The notes under the pieces are model-generated. The model saw only the letters and a list, made by a program, of their open reading frames with translations. It searched no databases and had not been told where the DNA came from. A stretch of DNA of 64,000 nucleotides, from IMG/VR virus record IMGVR_UViG_3300050158_000056, positions 30,791-94,790 of that record; one strand, written 5' to 3'. Shown piece by piece: positions 1 through 9,464 of this stretch (position 1 is the stretch's first letter; every line of letters begins with the position of its first letter). The position numbers and the translations under genes are program-made. The DNA comes from a virus.

Positions 1-1
1 G

Positions 2-661
2 CTGATCACTATGTAGCCCCACTGACAGGTCTCGAGATACCGATGGACGGATGATATTCTCAGATGCGTATGTATTCAGATTGGTAAATGCACCATATGC
101 ACCATGTTCCACACTGGTACCCACAATAGTCTTATGAGTAATGACCATGTATGAATGAGGATTGAGCGTCTGACTCATAGCCGAGAATGTCGTTGTGTTA
201 AACGGTTCATCTACAAAGTATCCATTGTAGATACGACGAGTGTTGTTATTGGATCCAGTACTGATACTATTCATACCCAACAGACCACTGGTGGTCTCAG
301 TCAGAATTAATAGGAACCGCCATTTATCATTGAGGTGACTGGCCTTGAATTCGATGGCCGGTTGGATACTAGGCATTAGATTTTCATTGAGGTTGGATCT
401 ACCCATCAGATCTCTAATCATAGTACCTGCACCGACGGTACCGCGAGATGTGAGATCGCGAACCTCCGCAGCATTACTCAGGAAGTTTTCATCGAAACGA
501 TAATTAAATGGACGCAGTCCAACGTCGCCGAATTGGCCCGAGTATGGCCGGAAGAGGTATAGAATCGCGCGGGCGTTGGTGTCAGTGAGATTGTTCTTGT
601 TGCGCTGATCGACATAGTTGTTATTTTGGATATTTAGCCCTAGATTTAAATTGAGAGACAT
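2..661 (-). CDS. picA: PicA/Imp1-like phage-nucleus protein import factor (phiKZ gp69-like), 3' end runs off the window
   Basis: Not in the ORF track. Open frame from ATG at 661 (GGAG upstream): MSLNLNLG..LRPFNYRFD..NLMPS..KWRFLLILTE..TRRIYNGYFVD..LNPHSYMVITHKTIV..ASENIIRP. Fits the recalled gp69 motif order and lies downstream of the gp68-like gene. Confidence 0.65.
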   Translation of the reverse strand, partial: MSLNLNLGLNIQNNNYVDQRNKNNLTDTNARAILYLFRPYSGQFGDVGLRPFNYRFDENFLSNAAEVRDLTSRGTVGAGTMIRDLMGRSNLNENLMPSIQPAIEFKASHLNDKWRFLLILTETTSGLLGMNSISTGSNNNTRRIYNGYFVDEPFNTTTFSAMSQTLNPHSYMVITHKTIVGTSVEHGAYGAFTNLNTYASENIIRPSVSRDLSVGLHSDQ

Positions 662-708
662 GATTCACATACTCCTTTTTGTGCGTTATCAACCATTATG
701 TCAAATCA

Positions 709-735
709 GTAATATAGCGATTCGATGTGTTTGAG
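709..735 (-). promoter_or_regulatory. Early (virion RNAP-type) promoter CTCA-N15-TATATTAC
   Basis: TATATTAC at 709-716 (-), the phiKZ early promoter core; CTCA at 732-735. Confidence 0.75.
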
Positions 736-739
736 CTAT

Positions 740-1996
740 TCAATATAAATTAGGACAGAGTCTCACCAAAGATGTAGGAGCTATAGATGCTACTGCTATA
801 TCGAAGTATACCCCGCACAGTGGTTCATCCTTAGATGTACTATCATACCTGTACAACAAGATCAATGCTTCATCTGTGATCGTTTTGATGATCTTCATCT
901 TGACGGGTTCTGCGATTAAGATCTCTTTGATCTCATCAGTGATACTGGGATGATGATGTACAAACTTCTCGAGTATATTGATCAGTGTATCTGGGTAGAT
1001 ATGTAGATCATTGGTAAGAGCTGGACTCACTTCGTTGAACTCAGGTTCATCGAAGTGACTAATCCGATCCACTAACACATTCTTGTGAAATAGCGTGATA
1101 TCATCTTCAGCTACCATGAGATCGATGTTGATATCGGAAGCTGGTAGATTATCCAAGAACTCTATGACCTGGTGAAATGATTTAGGATTCCTAGCCATCC
1201 TAGGAATATGACTAGTGCGCAGCCTGCCTGTGGATCGTAGGTCCACACTATGCGGTATAGCCATGTTCCTGAAGTCATTAATGGTCCTCACCAATACATC
1301 ATCGCTACTGTAGTGTATGGGTAACAACGATGGATCACGGGTGACATGACCCAGTATCTCTTTTAGATGACTACTGGACATGTCGTAATACGGCATCCTA
1401 CCTATGTCCGATGATAACTTCAGTATGGTGTGCTCGATCTGGTCGGTACTGAAGTTAAGATCAGCTGTAGGAGTATCTGATATGGCTCTGATGAGATCAT
1501 TTTGAATCCAATCGATAATTGGATGATCTATCTTTTTCTTGAACACCTGATCGTGTAGAATAAGATCATTTAAGATAGTAGTCATCGGGTCACAGCTGAT
1601 AGGTCCCACACCTACTAATTCATTCCTGATGTAATTGAGACTAGGGAGATGATTGAATCGATATCCTTTCATCTTACCAGATTTAATCTTAGTCCTCACT
1701 GGGATGAGATACTTATTGTCTTTGTAGTAGTGGATAGTCTCTGAAAAGACATCTCCACCACCCCGACTATGATCCCTGAAATATTCGATAGTTTTTACCA
1801 GTGGGATACTATCACGAGATGATCCCATATCGCCAGTATGGAGTGGATGACCTAGTAGGATATTGGCGGTAGGATCACCCATCTCATCATCGCTATCACA
1901 TTCTCCTTCTCCGTAGAATAAGAACTGAGTATCACCTATCGACATCGGGGTATCTACTTCCCTGACGATAGGTTCTAAATGTAATATTGCTTCCAT
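740..1996 (-). CDS. hypothetical protein
   Basis: 418 aa ORF in operon context; no recognised motif. Confidence 0.7.
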   Translation of the reverse strand: MEAILHLEPIVREVDTPMSIGDTQFLFYGEGECDSDDEMGDPTANILLGHPLHTGDMGSSRDSIPLVKTIEYFRDHSRGGGDVFSETIHYYKDNKYLIPVRTKIKSGKMKGYRFNHLPSLNYIRNELVGVGPISCDPMTTILNDLILHDQVFKKKIDHPIIDWIQNDLIRAISDTPTADLNFSTDQIEHTILKLSSDIGRMPYYDMSSSHLKEILGHVTRDPSLLPIHYSSDDVLVRTINDFRNMAIPHSVDLRSTGRLRTSHIPRMARNPKSFHQVIEFLDNLPASDINIDLMVAEDDITLFHKNVLVDRISHFDEPEFNEVSPALTNDLHIYPDTLINILEKFVHHHPSITDEIKEILIAEPVKMKIIKTITDEALILLYRYDSTSKDEPLCGVYFDIAVASIAPTSLVRLCPNLY

Positions 1997-2018
1997 TTAA
2001 GGCGTCCCTAACGATACT

Positions 2019-3704
2019 TTAAAATGGCTTAGTCCCATCATGGAGAATCAGATACAGATTACAAAGATTACGCAGTGTGTTTTCATCAAACTTACACTCA
2101 GTACCTAACATGGGTCTATCTGATACACCACTGAACTCCCACAACGCTGGAGCCATATTCTCCTTATGAGAATAGTGGATAAGCCATTCTGCCATCTTGT
2201 TAATGTGATTGATGAAATCGATACGATTGACTTCCTGCTTTCTAGCAGAAGTCTTCTTACCGAATGTGTTTACTGGTTTTTCTACAAATCCCTTAAATAG
2301 ATCATTGCACCTATGATACTCAGCTGACTTTAGATTAGCCATCACACGTGAGCTCACACCAGATACACCCACATCAATTGGATTGACCGATGTAATGGAT
2401 GATGCTAACGCGCATAGATCTAACATACCGTGATTGATCAAGAAGATCTGGAGGATAACTACGATGCGCTGATAGATCGGTACTGGTAGATATCCTAGAC
2501 ACTTAGACCCACCAAACCTAGTCCCTATAAACGATGCCACCATGGCCTGTGTGATAGGAGTCACATCAAAGTTATTGGCGGCATAATACGAAACAGCCTG
2601 TTCGTACACATCGATTGGTGTATTGGTGTCGTGGAGGAGTTTAGGAAGCTCCCAGTGAGTGACAGCAGTGGTTACTAAGATAGGCACATCGATGGGCTTC
2701 TTAGAAGTCTTAGATGCATGATCTAGGATACTACTATTATCCTCAGTGTCATAAGACGGTAGTGGTCTACGAGGCATAACCGTCATATCTTTACGCATAG
2801 TCTTAATCTTAGTATCAGCAGTCTTTTTGATACCATCATCGATATAAACCATAGCGTTAGGTACATTACCATCGCGTAGTTTCGTAAAGCACTCATATGT
2901 AGCTAGACGTTTTACGATGATAGTCGCCATAACGATCGACTCAAACATCTCATCATCGACACCGCCACCGTGAGTGAGGATAAACCCAGTTTGAGCATTA
3001 CCCATTGGATTCTTGTCTATGGCTTTGCGAGTATCGGCAATCAAAGAACTTAAGTAATGAGAGAGCTTACTGTAGATGCGCTCCATAGCTCCTTCTTCAA
3101 GACTGGGTTCGATAAGATCAAACGCTAACTTCTCTCGTTGATTAGGACCGATGTTAATGCTATCTAATGCTTTTACAAACTCACCCCAGATAGGTACCAT
3201 GAGCTTACTCATGACACTTATGGCTGTCAGCTCAGCATAGTCGTCTTCTAAGAAAGTCTTTTCCTTGGTGTGATGAGCTTCTTTACCGACATTAGAAAGA
3301 TCAGGATAAAGGAATGGGGCACCTTTACAAAAGGTGATCATTCGAGCTCCGATATTGAGTCGGTTGGTAGTGTGGAAAACTTTAGTCTGGATATTCTCTT
3401 GAACAGTCCGACGATTCTCTTTGTTCATCCCATCGATCTGCTTTTTGGCATACCGATACATCTCGTATAGAGATTCATGTTCTTTTTGAGACAATAGCTT
3501 GTAGAACAAGTTAATGGGATGTAGAATCAGATCACCGATGTGCTTTTCATCATACTTAGCGATCTTTTCATATGTCTTAATCGAGAAGACGATGTCAGGC
3601 TTACCTTCGATGTTTACATTATGTTCGTCTCTGAGGCTCACAGAGGCATCCATGAACGTCGAAACAGATGTCCCTGGGGGGTTGGTGCGGAGAATGCTCA
3701 GCAT
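2019..3704 (-). CDS. non-virion RNAP sigma-like specificity subunit (phiKZ gp68-like)
   Basis: 561 aa; TFLEDDYAELTAISVMSKLMVPIWGEF segment; lies between the ChmC-like and PicA-like genes. Confidence 0.75.
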   Translation of the reverse strand: MLSILRTNPPGTSVSTFMDASVSLRDEHNVNIEGKPDIVFSIKTYEKIAKYDEKHIGDLILHPINLFYKLLSQKEHESLYEMYRYAKKQIDGMNKENRRTVQENIQTKVFHTTNRLNIGARMITFCKGAPFLYPDLSNVGKEAHHTKEKTFLEDDYAELTAISVMSKLMVPIWGEFVKALDSINIGPNQREKLAFDLIEPSLEEGAMERIYSKLSHYLSSLIADTRKAIDKNPMGNAQTGFILTHGGGVDDEMFESIVMATIIVKRLATYECFTKLRDGNVPNAMVYIDDGIKKTADTKIKTMRKDMTVMPRRPLPSYDTEDNSSILDHASKTSKKPIDVPILVTTAVTHWELPKLLHDTNTPIDVYEQAVSYYAANNFDVTPITQAMVASFIGTRFGGSKCLGYLPVPIYQRIVVILQIFLINHGMLDLCALASSITSVNPIDVGVSGVSSRVMANLKSAEYHRCNDLFKGFVEKPVNTFGKKTSARKQEVNRIDFINHINKMAEWLIHYSHKENMAPALWEFSGVSDRPMLGTECKFDENTLRNLCNLYLILHDGTKPF

Positions 3705-3964
3705 CGTTGAAATAGTCCTCTACAATGGTCACATAAGATTCTAACGAAAAGTATAATTATAAATATCGAAATTGATGACTTTTTTAACATCAAATGTTGG
3801 GTCATTCATATACGATCATTCTAGTAATGGTCTATCTCAAAATGAGATTTCCACAGGCACTTACGTAGCTGTAGCTTTAAACGGTCGACCCGACCGCGGT
3901 TAACTTATGCCGCCCTGTTATTTATAAATGAGTTTCATATATTACTAACTCCATAATCAAATCA

Positions 3965-3991
3965 GTAATATAGTGATTCGATGACAATGAG
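3965..3991 (-). promoter_or_regulatory. Early promoter CTCA-N15-TATATTAC
   Basis: TATATTAC 3965-3972 (-); CTCA 3988-3991. Confidence 0.75.
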
Positions 3992-3995
3992 TGGC

Positions 3996-4026
3996 TGGAG
4001 GTAGGAGGTTGCCCCTCCTACCTCCA
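3996..4026 (-). terminator. hairpin terminator
   Basis: tggaggtaggagg/cctcctacctcca inverted repeat after the ChmC-like stop. Confidence 0.7.
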
Positions 4027-4034
4027 TTAACCTA

Positions 4035-4709
4035 TTAAAGTAGATTGAGCTCAGATTCAGTATCTGGCGCACCGCCAAATGTAGAACTCTGCGACTGAGC
4101 GGGAGGACGGCTGTAGTTATTACCACCCCCGCTCTGGTTAAAGCCCCCACGGTTACCGCCGCCGCTAGGTGCACCACCAGTGTTCTGCCGCTTAAATGCA
4201 GTGAGCCGCTCAGCTACAGCTGAGTTCTTGAGTACATTGATGATAAAGCTAATATCAGCCTTAAGTGAGTCCTTCTCATTCATCGACGTATTCGAGAAGT
4301 CGAAGCGGCCATCCTTCTTGACGACAAACAGATAGCGATTGGGGAGTTCGTTCGCTGCGACATCGATATAGAAGCTCAGATTATCATCGATACCAAAACC
4401 GATACAACCATACTGCTTAAAACCCTTACGACCATCAGCTTCTTCAAAACGATTGAGGAACACTGGTTCACGCTTAGGACGAGGATCCGCGATCATATTC
4501 TCCAAGAGGATGATAAACGAATCGATCGTCTTACGAGGAAGAGTCAGCTTCCATGGCTTACCACCTTGACCAGTGAAGATACAGAAGCTAGAAAAGCCTC
4601 CGAATACATCGAATGACAAAGACACGTTCTTGTCTTCCTTAGAAGGGAGACGAAATAGTCCCGACTGAGTAAGATTCTCGAAACTATATTGAGTAGGAGC
4701 TTGTGACAT
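4035..4709 (-). CDS. chmC: ChmC-like nucleus-associated RNA-binding protein (phiKZ gp67-like)
   Basis: Beta-rich domain plus G/N/R-rich disordered tail (GGGNRGGFNQSGGGNNYSRPP); immediately upstream of the gp68-like gene; likely start MSQAPTQ. Confidence 0.65.
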   Translation of the reverse strand: MSQAPTQYSFENLTQSGLFRLPSKEDKNVSLSFDVFGGFSSFCIFTGQGGKPWKLTLPRKTIDSFIILLENMIADPRPKREPVFLNRFEEADGRKGFKQYGCIGFGIDDNLSFYIDVAANELPNRYLFVVKKDGRFDFSNTSMNEKDSLKADISFIINVLKNSAVAERLTAFKRQNTGGAPSGGGNRGGFNQSGGGNNYSRPPAQSQSSTFGGAPDTESELNLL

Positions 4710-4778
4710 AAATATCCTTTTTGGGGTTATAGGAGACTGGTTATACAATTGAAGACTAATCTGTCTAATATTAGATCA

Positions 4779-5693
4779 TCAAATGAAATCGTATTTTCTA
4801 AAAGTACTAGTAGGTAAGTTAAGCTTCCTAACTATCTTACCTAATAAATCATCATTACTTCTAGATGACCATCTCTCTTTTTCTGCTTGTTCTAACAACT
4901 CTCGTTTTATCTTAATACCGATCCAGGATTTAATCAAGACACCATCACCGAAGATGACGTGGGTGATGGGTAGGAAGGGAATCCTCCCCTCCTTATCTAA
5001 TTTTAAACCAAAATCACGAGGATGTTTTACTAAGCCAGTATAACTCTCTAAGAGCTGTACATTTCTGATACGAAAACTAAGGTACCAATCTAGTGGTATG
5101 TGTGAAATTAATCCAACGCTGTCTCCTGTAGAATACAGACTAGTGGGATGATTAGTGATCTCACGAAACTTACTAGCGACATCTTTGTGTGGGTAGGTAC
5201 TACCACCTGCTTTTATCCAGAAACATTTTACAAACTCGAGTTGTTTAACCTGTCCGGTATGATTACCATGTTTACCTAGAAACTTCTTATACATAGCTAA
5301 GAAAGCCAAGTGCTTTTCAGAACTATCTCTGAGGATCTCGTTCGGTAGGTCATGATAATCTGGAAAGTAAATTATCACTGGAGCCTGTTTATTCCTAGAT
5401 AGCGTACCTAACACTAACGATAAGTACGTATCATAATACTCTAGGAAAAGATTTACATCTTTTACAAAACCTTCTTCCATATCACTCATAGTGGGTTGTT
5501 TATGCATGGAATAGATATTTCGAAAAATAGTAAAAGCTGAAATCACAAAAGCTGAGAACTGGGGCTTCTTGTCGCTAGAAGCCCCAGCTACAAACTTGTT
5601 TAATATTCGGTTAAACCCGATACTACCACCGCGAATAAGCTCGCTGCCATCCTCAGATTTCGGCATGGTAGATTCATCTGGGAATGCTCCCAT
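4779..5693 (-). CDS. conserved phiKZ gp66-like protein (possible PIN/5'-3' nuclease-like fold)
   Basis: LLESYTG motif; lies between SbcD and ChmC. Confidence 0.6.
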   Translation of the reverse strand: MGAFPDESTMPKSEDGSELIRGGSIGFNRILNKFVAGASSDKKPQFSAFVISAFTIFRNIYSMHKQPTMSDMEEGFVKDVNLFLEYYDTYLSLVLGTLSRNKQAPVIIYFPDYHDLPNEILRDSSEKHLAFLAMYKKFLGKHGNHTGQVKQLEFVKCFWIKAGGSTYPHKDVASKFREITNHPTSLYSTGDSVGLISHIPLDWYLSFRIRNVQLLESYTGLVKHPRDFGLKLDKEGRIPFLPITHVIFGDGVLIKSWIGIKIKRELLEQAEKERWSSRSNDDLLGKIVRKLNLPTSTFRKYDFI

Positions 5694-5708
5694 ATCGCCC
5701 TCCTTGGA

Positions 5709-6851
5709 CTATGTAGGGGGAGTAGATAAATACTCATCTATCTGCTCGATGGTTAAGTCATAGTCTTCTGGTATATGTGCTCGTACAAATGAAGCTATCG
5801 TCTTGGGAGTAGGAGCCACCTGACGCTCTTTCTTAGTCACCACAACTGATGACATCAGTGAGAAGTTTTGTGACTTACTATCTACCTCAGTTTTGATAGT
5901 GCATTTTACTTTAGGATAATGTTCACCCAACCAAGCCTTGATGGCTTTTCCTAGTTCACTAGACTCAATCACGATCCTAAGTGAAATAGTCCTATAGGTA
6001 GTAATACTGGATAAGTATTCGATGATCTTAGTACGGATGATGTCAGTATCTGGATTATCTTTAAAATACAAAGTCGAGAATATAGCAGAGTTCTTGTTCT
6101 CTATGAACTGAGCTTTATACTTATCAGGATAATCTAATACTTTAACATATCCTTTGGGATCTTCATCACCGTGGTTGAGTCTATCGAAGCTACCATTGCT
6201 GACTACTTTACCACTGATACGATGTTGATGGACATGACCTACATCTATCATCTTTTTGATAAATGGAAACTGGGACTCTCTAAACACGATACAGTTTTCT
6301 TGACTGATAGCTTTAGGATAAGTAAAGTCAAAGAATCCATGCATACACCCATAATCCAATTCATCCCATCCACGCTCCACCATCCTGTCTTTAATAACAG
6401 AGACGATTTCGTCGGATGATTTAAATGGTAGATCATCTGGTACATACATCACTCGTATGGATCTATCTCCACGCGTGATTTCTTCTAACTCTATAGTGCC
6501 CATAAACTTAAAGTCAAATGTGAACTTATTGTTCTTATAAAAGGTAATGAACCTTTCGCATTGTTTTCTATCGTGAGTGAATGTACCTTGTAATACTCGT
6601 AGAGTCACATTGTGCATATCACATAATCTAAATAGTCCCATGATGACTTCATAGACTGGATCGAATCCATAGTTGTCAAACAACACTAATGTGTCGAAGA
6701 AGTCGCCATTCAAAAACATGATATCGGTTTCAGGTAATATAGGAAAGAATGCATCAGCAAATGCATCTGCCATTTCTTTTTGATCTATAGACCTAATACC
6801 AAGATGCAGATCACTAGCGAATAGTAGCCTAAGAGGCTCACTCATCGTCAT
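5709..6851 (-). CDS. sbcD: SbcD/Mre11-like metallophosphoesterase nuclease
   Basis: SDLHLG, GDFFD, GTFTHD, HG and GHVH motifs. Confidence 0.9.
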   Translation of the reverse strand: MTMSEPLRLLFASDLHLGIRSIDQKEMADAFADAFFPILPETDIMFLNGDFFDTLVLFDNYGFDPVYEVIMGLFRLCDMHNVTLRVLQGTFTHDRKQCERFITFYKNNKFTFDFKFMGTIELEEITRGDRSIRVMYVPDDLPFKSSDEIVSVIKDRMVERGWDELDYGCMHGFFDFTYPKAISQENCIVFRESQFPFIKKMIDVGHVHQHRISGKVVSNGSFDRLNHGDEDPKGYVKVLDYPDKYKAQFIENKNSAIFSTLYFKDNPDTDIIRTKIIEYLSSITTYRTISLRIVIESSELGKAIKAWLGEHYPKVKCTIKTEVDSKSQNFSLMSSVVVTKKERQVAPTPKTIASFVRAHIPEDYDLTIEQIDEYLSTPPT

Positions 6852-7506
6852 CTAACGATGTAGTACCCACCATAGCCTGATCTTCTTTATCCTGCTCTAC
6901 AGCGGCCACCAGATCCTTCTTGAGCTCTGGATTGAGGTTGTTCTCCACAAAGAGCTTTTGGATCAGAGCTGAATCATTCCTTACCTTCTTAAAGTAAGCT
7001 AGACTATCAGGAGCTGAGTTAGCAGTAGCTAGATCTCGTAGAGAGGCATCTAGGATCATCATGTCTCTGGTAACATTAGATGTGCGATTCACAGCCGCTG
7101 GTACACTATCACGATTGTTAGTAGTACCTACAGCATCACTCTTAAACCTAGTCCATACTCGATCTAAAAAGTACACCGCTCGTGGGTCTTCTTTACTAAA
7201 GATCACGATTGTGGGATGATACATGTTGATACCCAGACTGAGCTTATACTGGTTATACAAACGATGCATCTCTAGTTTGTAACCAGAGTCCTTATCGTAT
7301 CGTTCTTTGTCGTAATTGAATAAGGGGATATAAGGCTCAAACTGAGCATATGTAATGATGTTAGGACGCTCTGATTCTTCCAGTAGTTTGTTACCTTCTT
7401 TGGCCACGATAGCGGCTAGATGGTTTTTACTGATAGACTCCTTGATCTTATCATGATCCACAGTATCTGGGATAGGGGCATCTTTAATTTCAGGGGGGAT
7501 AGCCAT
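6838..7506 (-). CDS. hypothetical protein
   Basis: 222 aa; overlaps the sbcD start. Confidence 0.7.
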   Translation of the reverse strand: MAIPPEIKDAPIPDTVDHDKIKESISKNHLAAIVAKEGNKLLEESERPNIITYAQFEPYIPLFNYDKERYDKDSGYKLEMHRLYNQYKLSLGINMYHPTIVIFSKEDPRAVYFLDRVWTRFKSDAVGTTNNRDSVPAAVNRTSNVTRDMMILDASLRDLATANSAPDSLAYFKKVRNDSALIQKLFVENNLNPELKKDLVAAVEQDKEDQAMVGTTSLDDDE

Positions 7507-7571
7507 CTACTTAGTATCCTTTTTCGAGTATTACATAGTGTCATATATACCAGAATAATAACTAATGTAGA

Positions 7572-7985
7572 CTACAGATAGCTAGTGAGTAGGTTATTTT
7601 CAGGTATTACGAGTCTACCATTTTTGAGAGATATAGTAGCACCAGTCTGACCGATCTCTCCAGAAAGCATAGTGTAAATGATACTGATAGTGATATCATA
7701 AGTACCACTAGCATCAGTGAGTGCATTGGTTACAGCTACAGTGATCTTACGCTCTGCATCGAAGATACGATTGAAGCATCCCTGTAGGTCACTCTGTATG
7801 TTATTACAGAGCGTATCAGCATCTCTATGAAACTTAGCTACTAGCCAAGGGAGAGATATAATCAGATCTGGTACTATAGGTACAGTGTGTTGAGGGGTCC
7901 TAAAGAACCTATTGAGAGTATAGGCTATAACTGACTGTACGTCATCGACGTATAGTGATCCAGTTAGGCTAGGTACAGTTACCAT
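7572..7985 (-). CDS. conserved phiKZ gp62-like protein (possible gp25-like baseplate wedge fold)
   Basis: 137 aa; VPSL N-terminus; gene order. Confidence 0.5.
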   Translation of the reverse strand: MVTVPSLTGSLYVDDVQSVIAYTLNRFFRTPQHTVPIVPDLIISLPWLVAKFHRDADTLCNNIQSDLQGCFNRIFDAERKITVAVTNALTDASGTYDITISIIYTMLSGEIGQTGATISLKNGRLVIPENNLLTSYL

Positions 7986-8037
7986 GATTTATAACTCCAT
8001 ATATAGATATCATCACATCATGGTTCTGATACTTACC

Positions 8038-8262
8038 TTATAGATATTTCTTAGGACTTATATGACTCGTAGCTTTATCTATATTCGACATATTACGGAA
8101 GAAGCCTTTTCCGAATATACGATCGAATAATGACTCGTTCCTCTGGTCTTCTTTTTCGGATAGTAGCGTATAGACTTCAGCTAACCATTCTCTACGTACA
8201 GTGATCTTGTCGTCAGGATTACCCTGAGACATAGCCTTTGAGGATCCCATATCGATAGCCAT
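8038..8262 (-). CDS. hypothetical protein
   Basis: Likely start MAIDMG with GAGG RBS, inside the 101 aa track ORF. Confidence 0.5.
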   Translation of the reverse strand: MAIDMGSSKAMSQGNPDDKITVRREWLAEVYTLLSEKEDQRNESLFDRIFGKGFFRNMSNIDKATSHISPKKYL

Positions 8263-8263
8263 G

Positions 8264-8593
8264 TCAATACCTCTTGTTAATAGGTATGTAAATATCAGCC
8301 AAATCAAATCGAATGGTGATACTGTGATGGATTTTCTTAACACTAATAGAAGCGAATCTAAAATACCATCCTGGTTTAGCTATGTATTTACCCTCACCTA
8401 CATGATGGATAGCTACTAGTCCAAAACTCCACACTCTATGTAGGGCGTATTCCTCAGAGATCTTATTGTAAGTATAGACACACAATCCTCGAAACTTATA
8501 GAAAGGGAAGAGTCTAATGTGTCCAGCGATAACATTGCTGTTGTCGTACTTCTTGTAGATACCAGGGATACCTGATTCGGTGAATGTGTACAT
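8264..8593 (-). CDS. hypothetical protein
   Basis: 109 aa with AAGGA RBS. Confidence 0.55.
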   Translation of the reverse strand: MYTFTESGIPGIYKKYDNSNVIAGHIRLFPFYKFRGLCVYTYNKISEEYALHRVWSFGLVAIHHVGEGKYIAKPGWYFRFASISVKKIHHSITIRFDLADIYIPINKRY

Positions 8594-8627
8594 AATTACA
8601 TCCTTGTATCAGTAAAAAATAATGGAT

Positions 8628-8655
8628 GATAGTGGGGGTACATACCCCCACTATC
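8628..8655 (-). terminator. hairpin terminator with offset U-run
   Basis: gatagtgggggta/tacccccactatc; A6 on + at 8614-8619. Confidence 0.75.
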
Positions 8656-8664
8656 TGTATTTGA

Positions 8665-9279
8665 TTAGCCTCTACTCATTTCGATCGATGTCGGATCTCG
8701 ATCAGTCTTAGCTAGGATCTTATCACGGATAAAGTCCCTAGTCTTATTGATCGCATATAGCTCATCGTCTGTCAGATCGGGATCATCTGTATAACTAGTA
8801 CCAGAGATATCATACCACCCATCTTCATCACTATCACGTAACACATCGTGACATGTGAAGTTCTCGATGAGTCGTCCATAAACGTCCTCAGTTGGCAGCC
8901 AATCTGAATCCCATCCGAATCCTTCCATACGACCTTCCCTGACAGCCTTCAGGACAGGCTCATACATGAGGATCGGTATCTCCATCCGCAGTGGGATGGT
9001 CTTAAAGTCATCGATAGTACTCAAGATACGAATGTTATCCGGATTCATAATCGCATTAACCGTCCTAGAGATATCTAGGCCGAGCTGATCCATAGGAGCC
9101 ACATATCGACTGAAGAACTCCTGTCGTAAATGACCAAAGTCCTCCCCGAAGAAGCTTCTATGCCCCCCATTATTTATCGAGTTAAATACTTCATTACTGA
9201 CTCTCGAACCAGTAAGTACGCCCAGTGAAGGCATAGCGTTGCCTGAGCCTATTGTGATGGTGTCGTGAATTCTAGCCAT
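8665..9279 (-). CDS. phiKZ gp59-like core protein (Imp3-like)
   Basis: IRILSTIDDF..MYEPV..GRMEGF..YGRLIE..DPTS pattern; downstream of the beta' subunit gene. Confidence 0.55.
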   Translation of the reverse strand: MARIHDTITIGSGNAMPSLGVLTGSRVSNEVFNSINNGGHRSFFGEDFGHLRQEFFSRYVAPMDQLGLDISRTVNAIMNPDNIRILSTIDDFKTIPLRMEIPILMYEPVLKAVREGRMEGFGWDSDWLPTEDVYGRLIENFTCHDVLRDSDEDGWYDISGTSYTDDPDLTDDELYAINKTRDFIRDKILAKTDRDPTSIEMSRG

Positions 9280-9363
9280 CTGGTGTTCCTTATTATAAAG
9301 ATGTCATCTCCTAACATCATTGGACTTAGGAACTAAATTAGTTTTTGATAATTCCTAGTTAGT

Positions 9364-9387
9364 GACAGGGGTCATCTGACCCCTGTC
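9364..9387. terminator. hairpin terminator
   Basis: gacaggggtca/tgacccctgtc. Confidence 0.7.
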
Positions 9388-9411
9388 TTTTTGTGTATTC
9401 ACAGTATTCTC

Positions 9412-9463
9412 TTCGACCAGAGTATGGTCAAATCGTCCGTAAAAAGCTATTAATACTAATAGT
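9412..9463 (-). repeat. displaced duplicate of the RNAP beta' gene 3' end (other copy 10581-10632)
   Basis: Encodes TISINSFLRTI* versus exon 2 TVTINSFLRNL*; both copies end with TGGTCGAA the same distance past the stop. Confidence 0.85.
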
Positions 9464-9464
9464 G

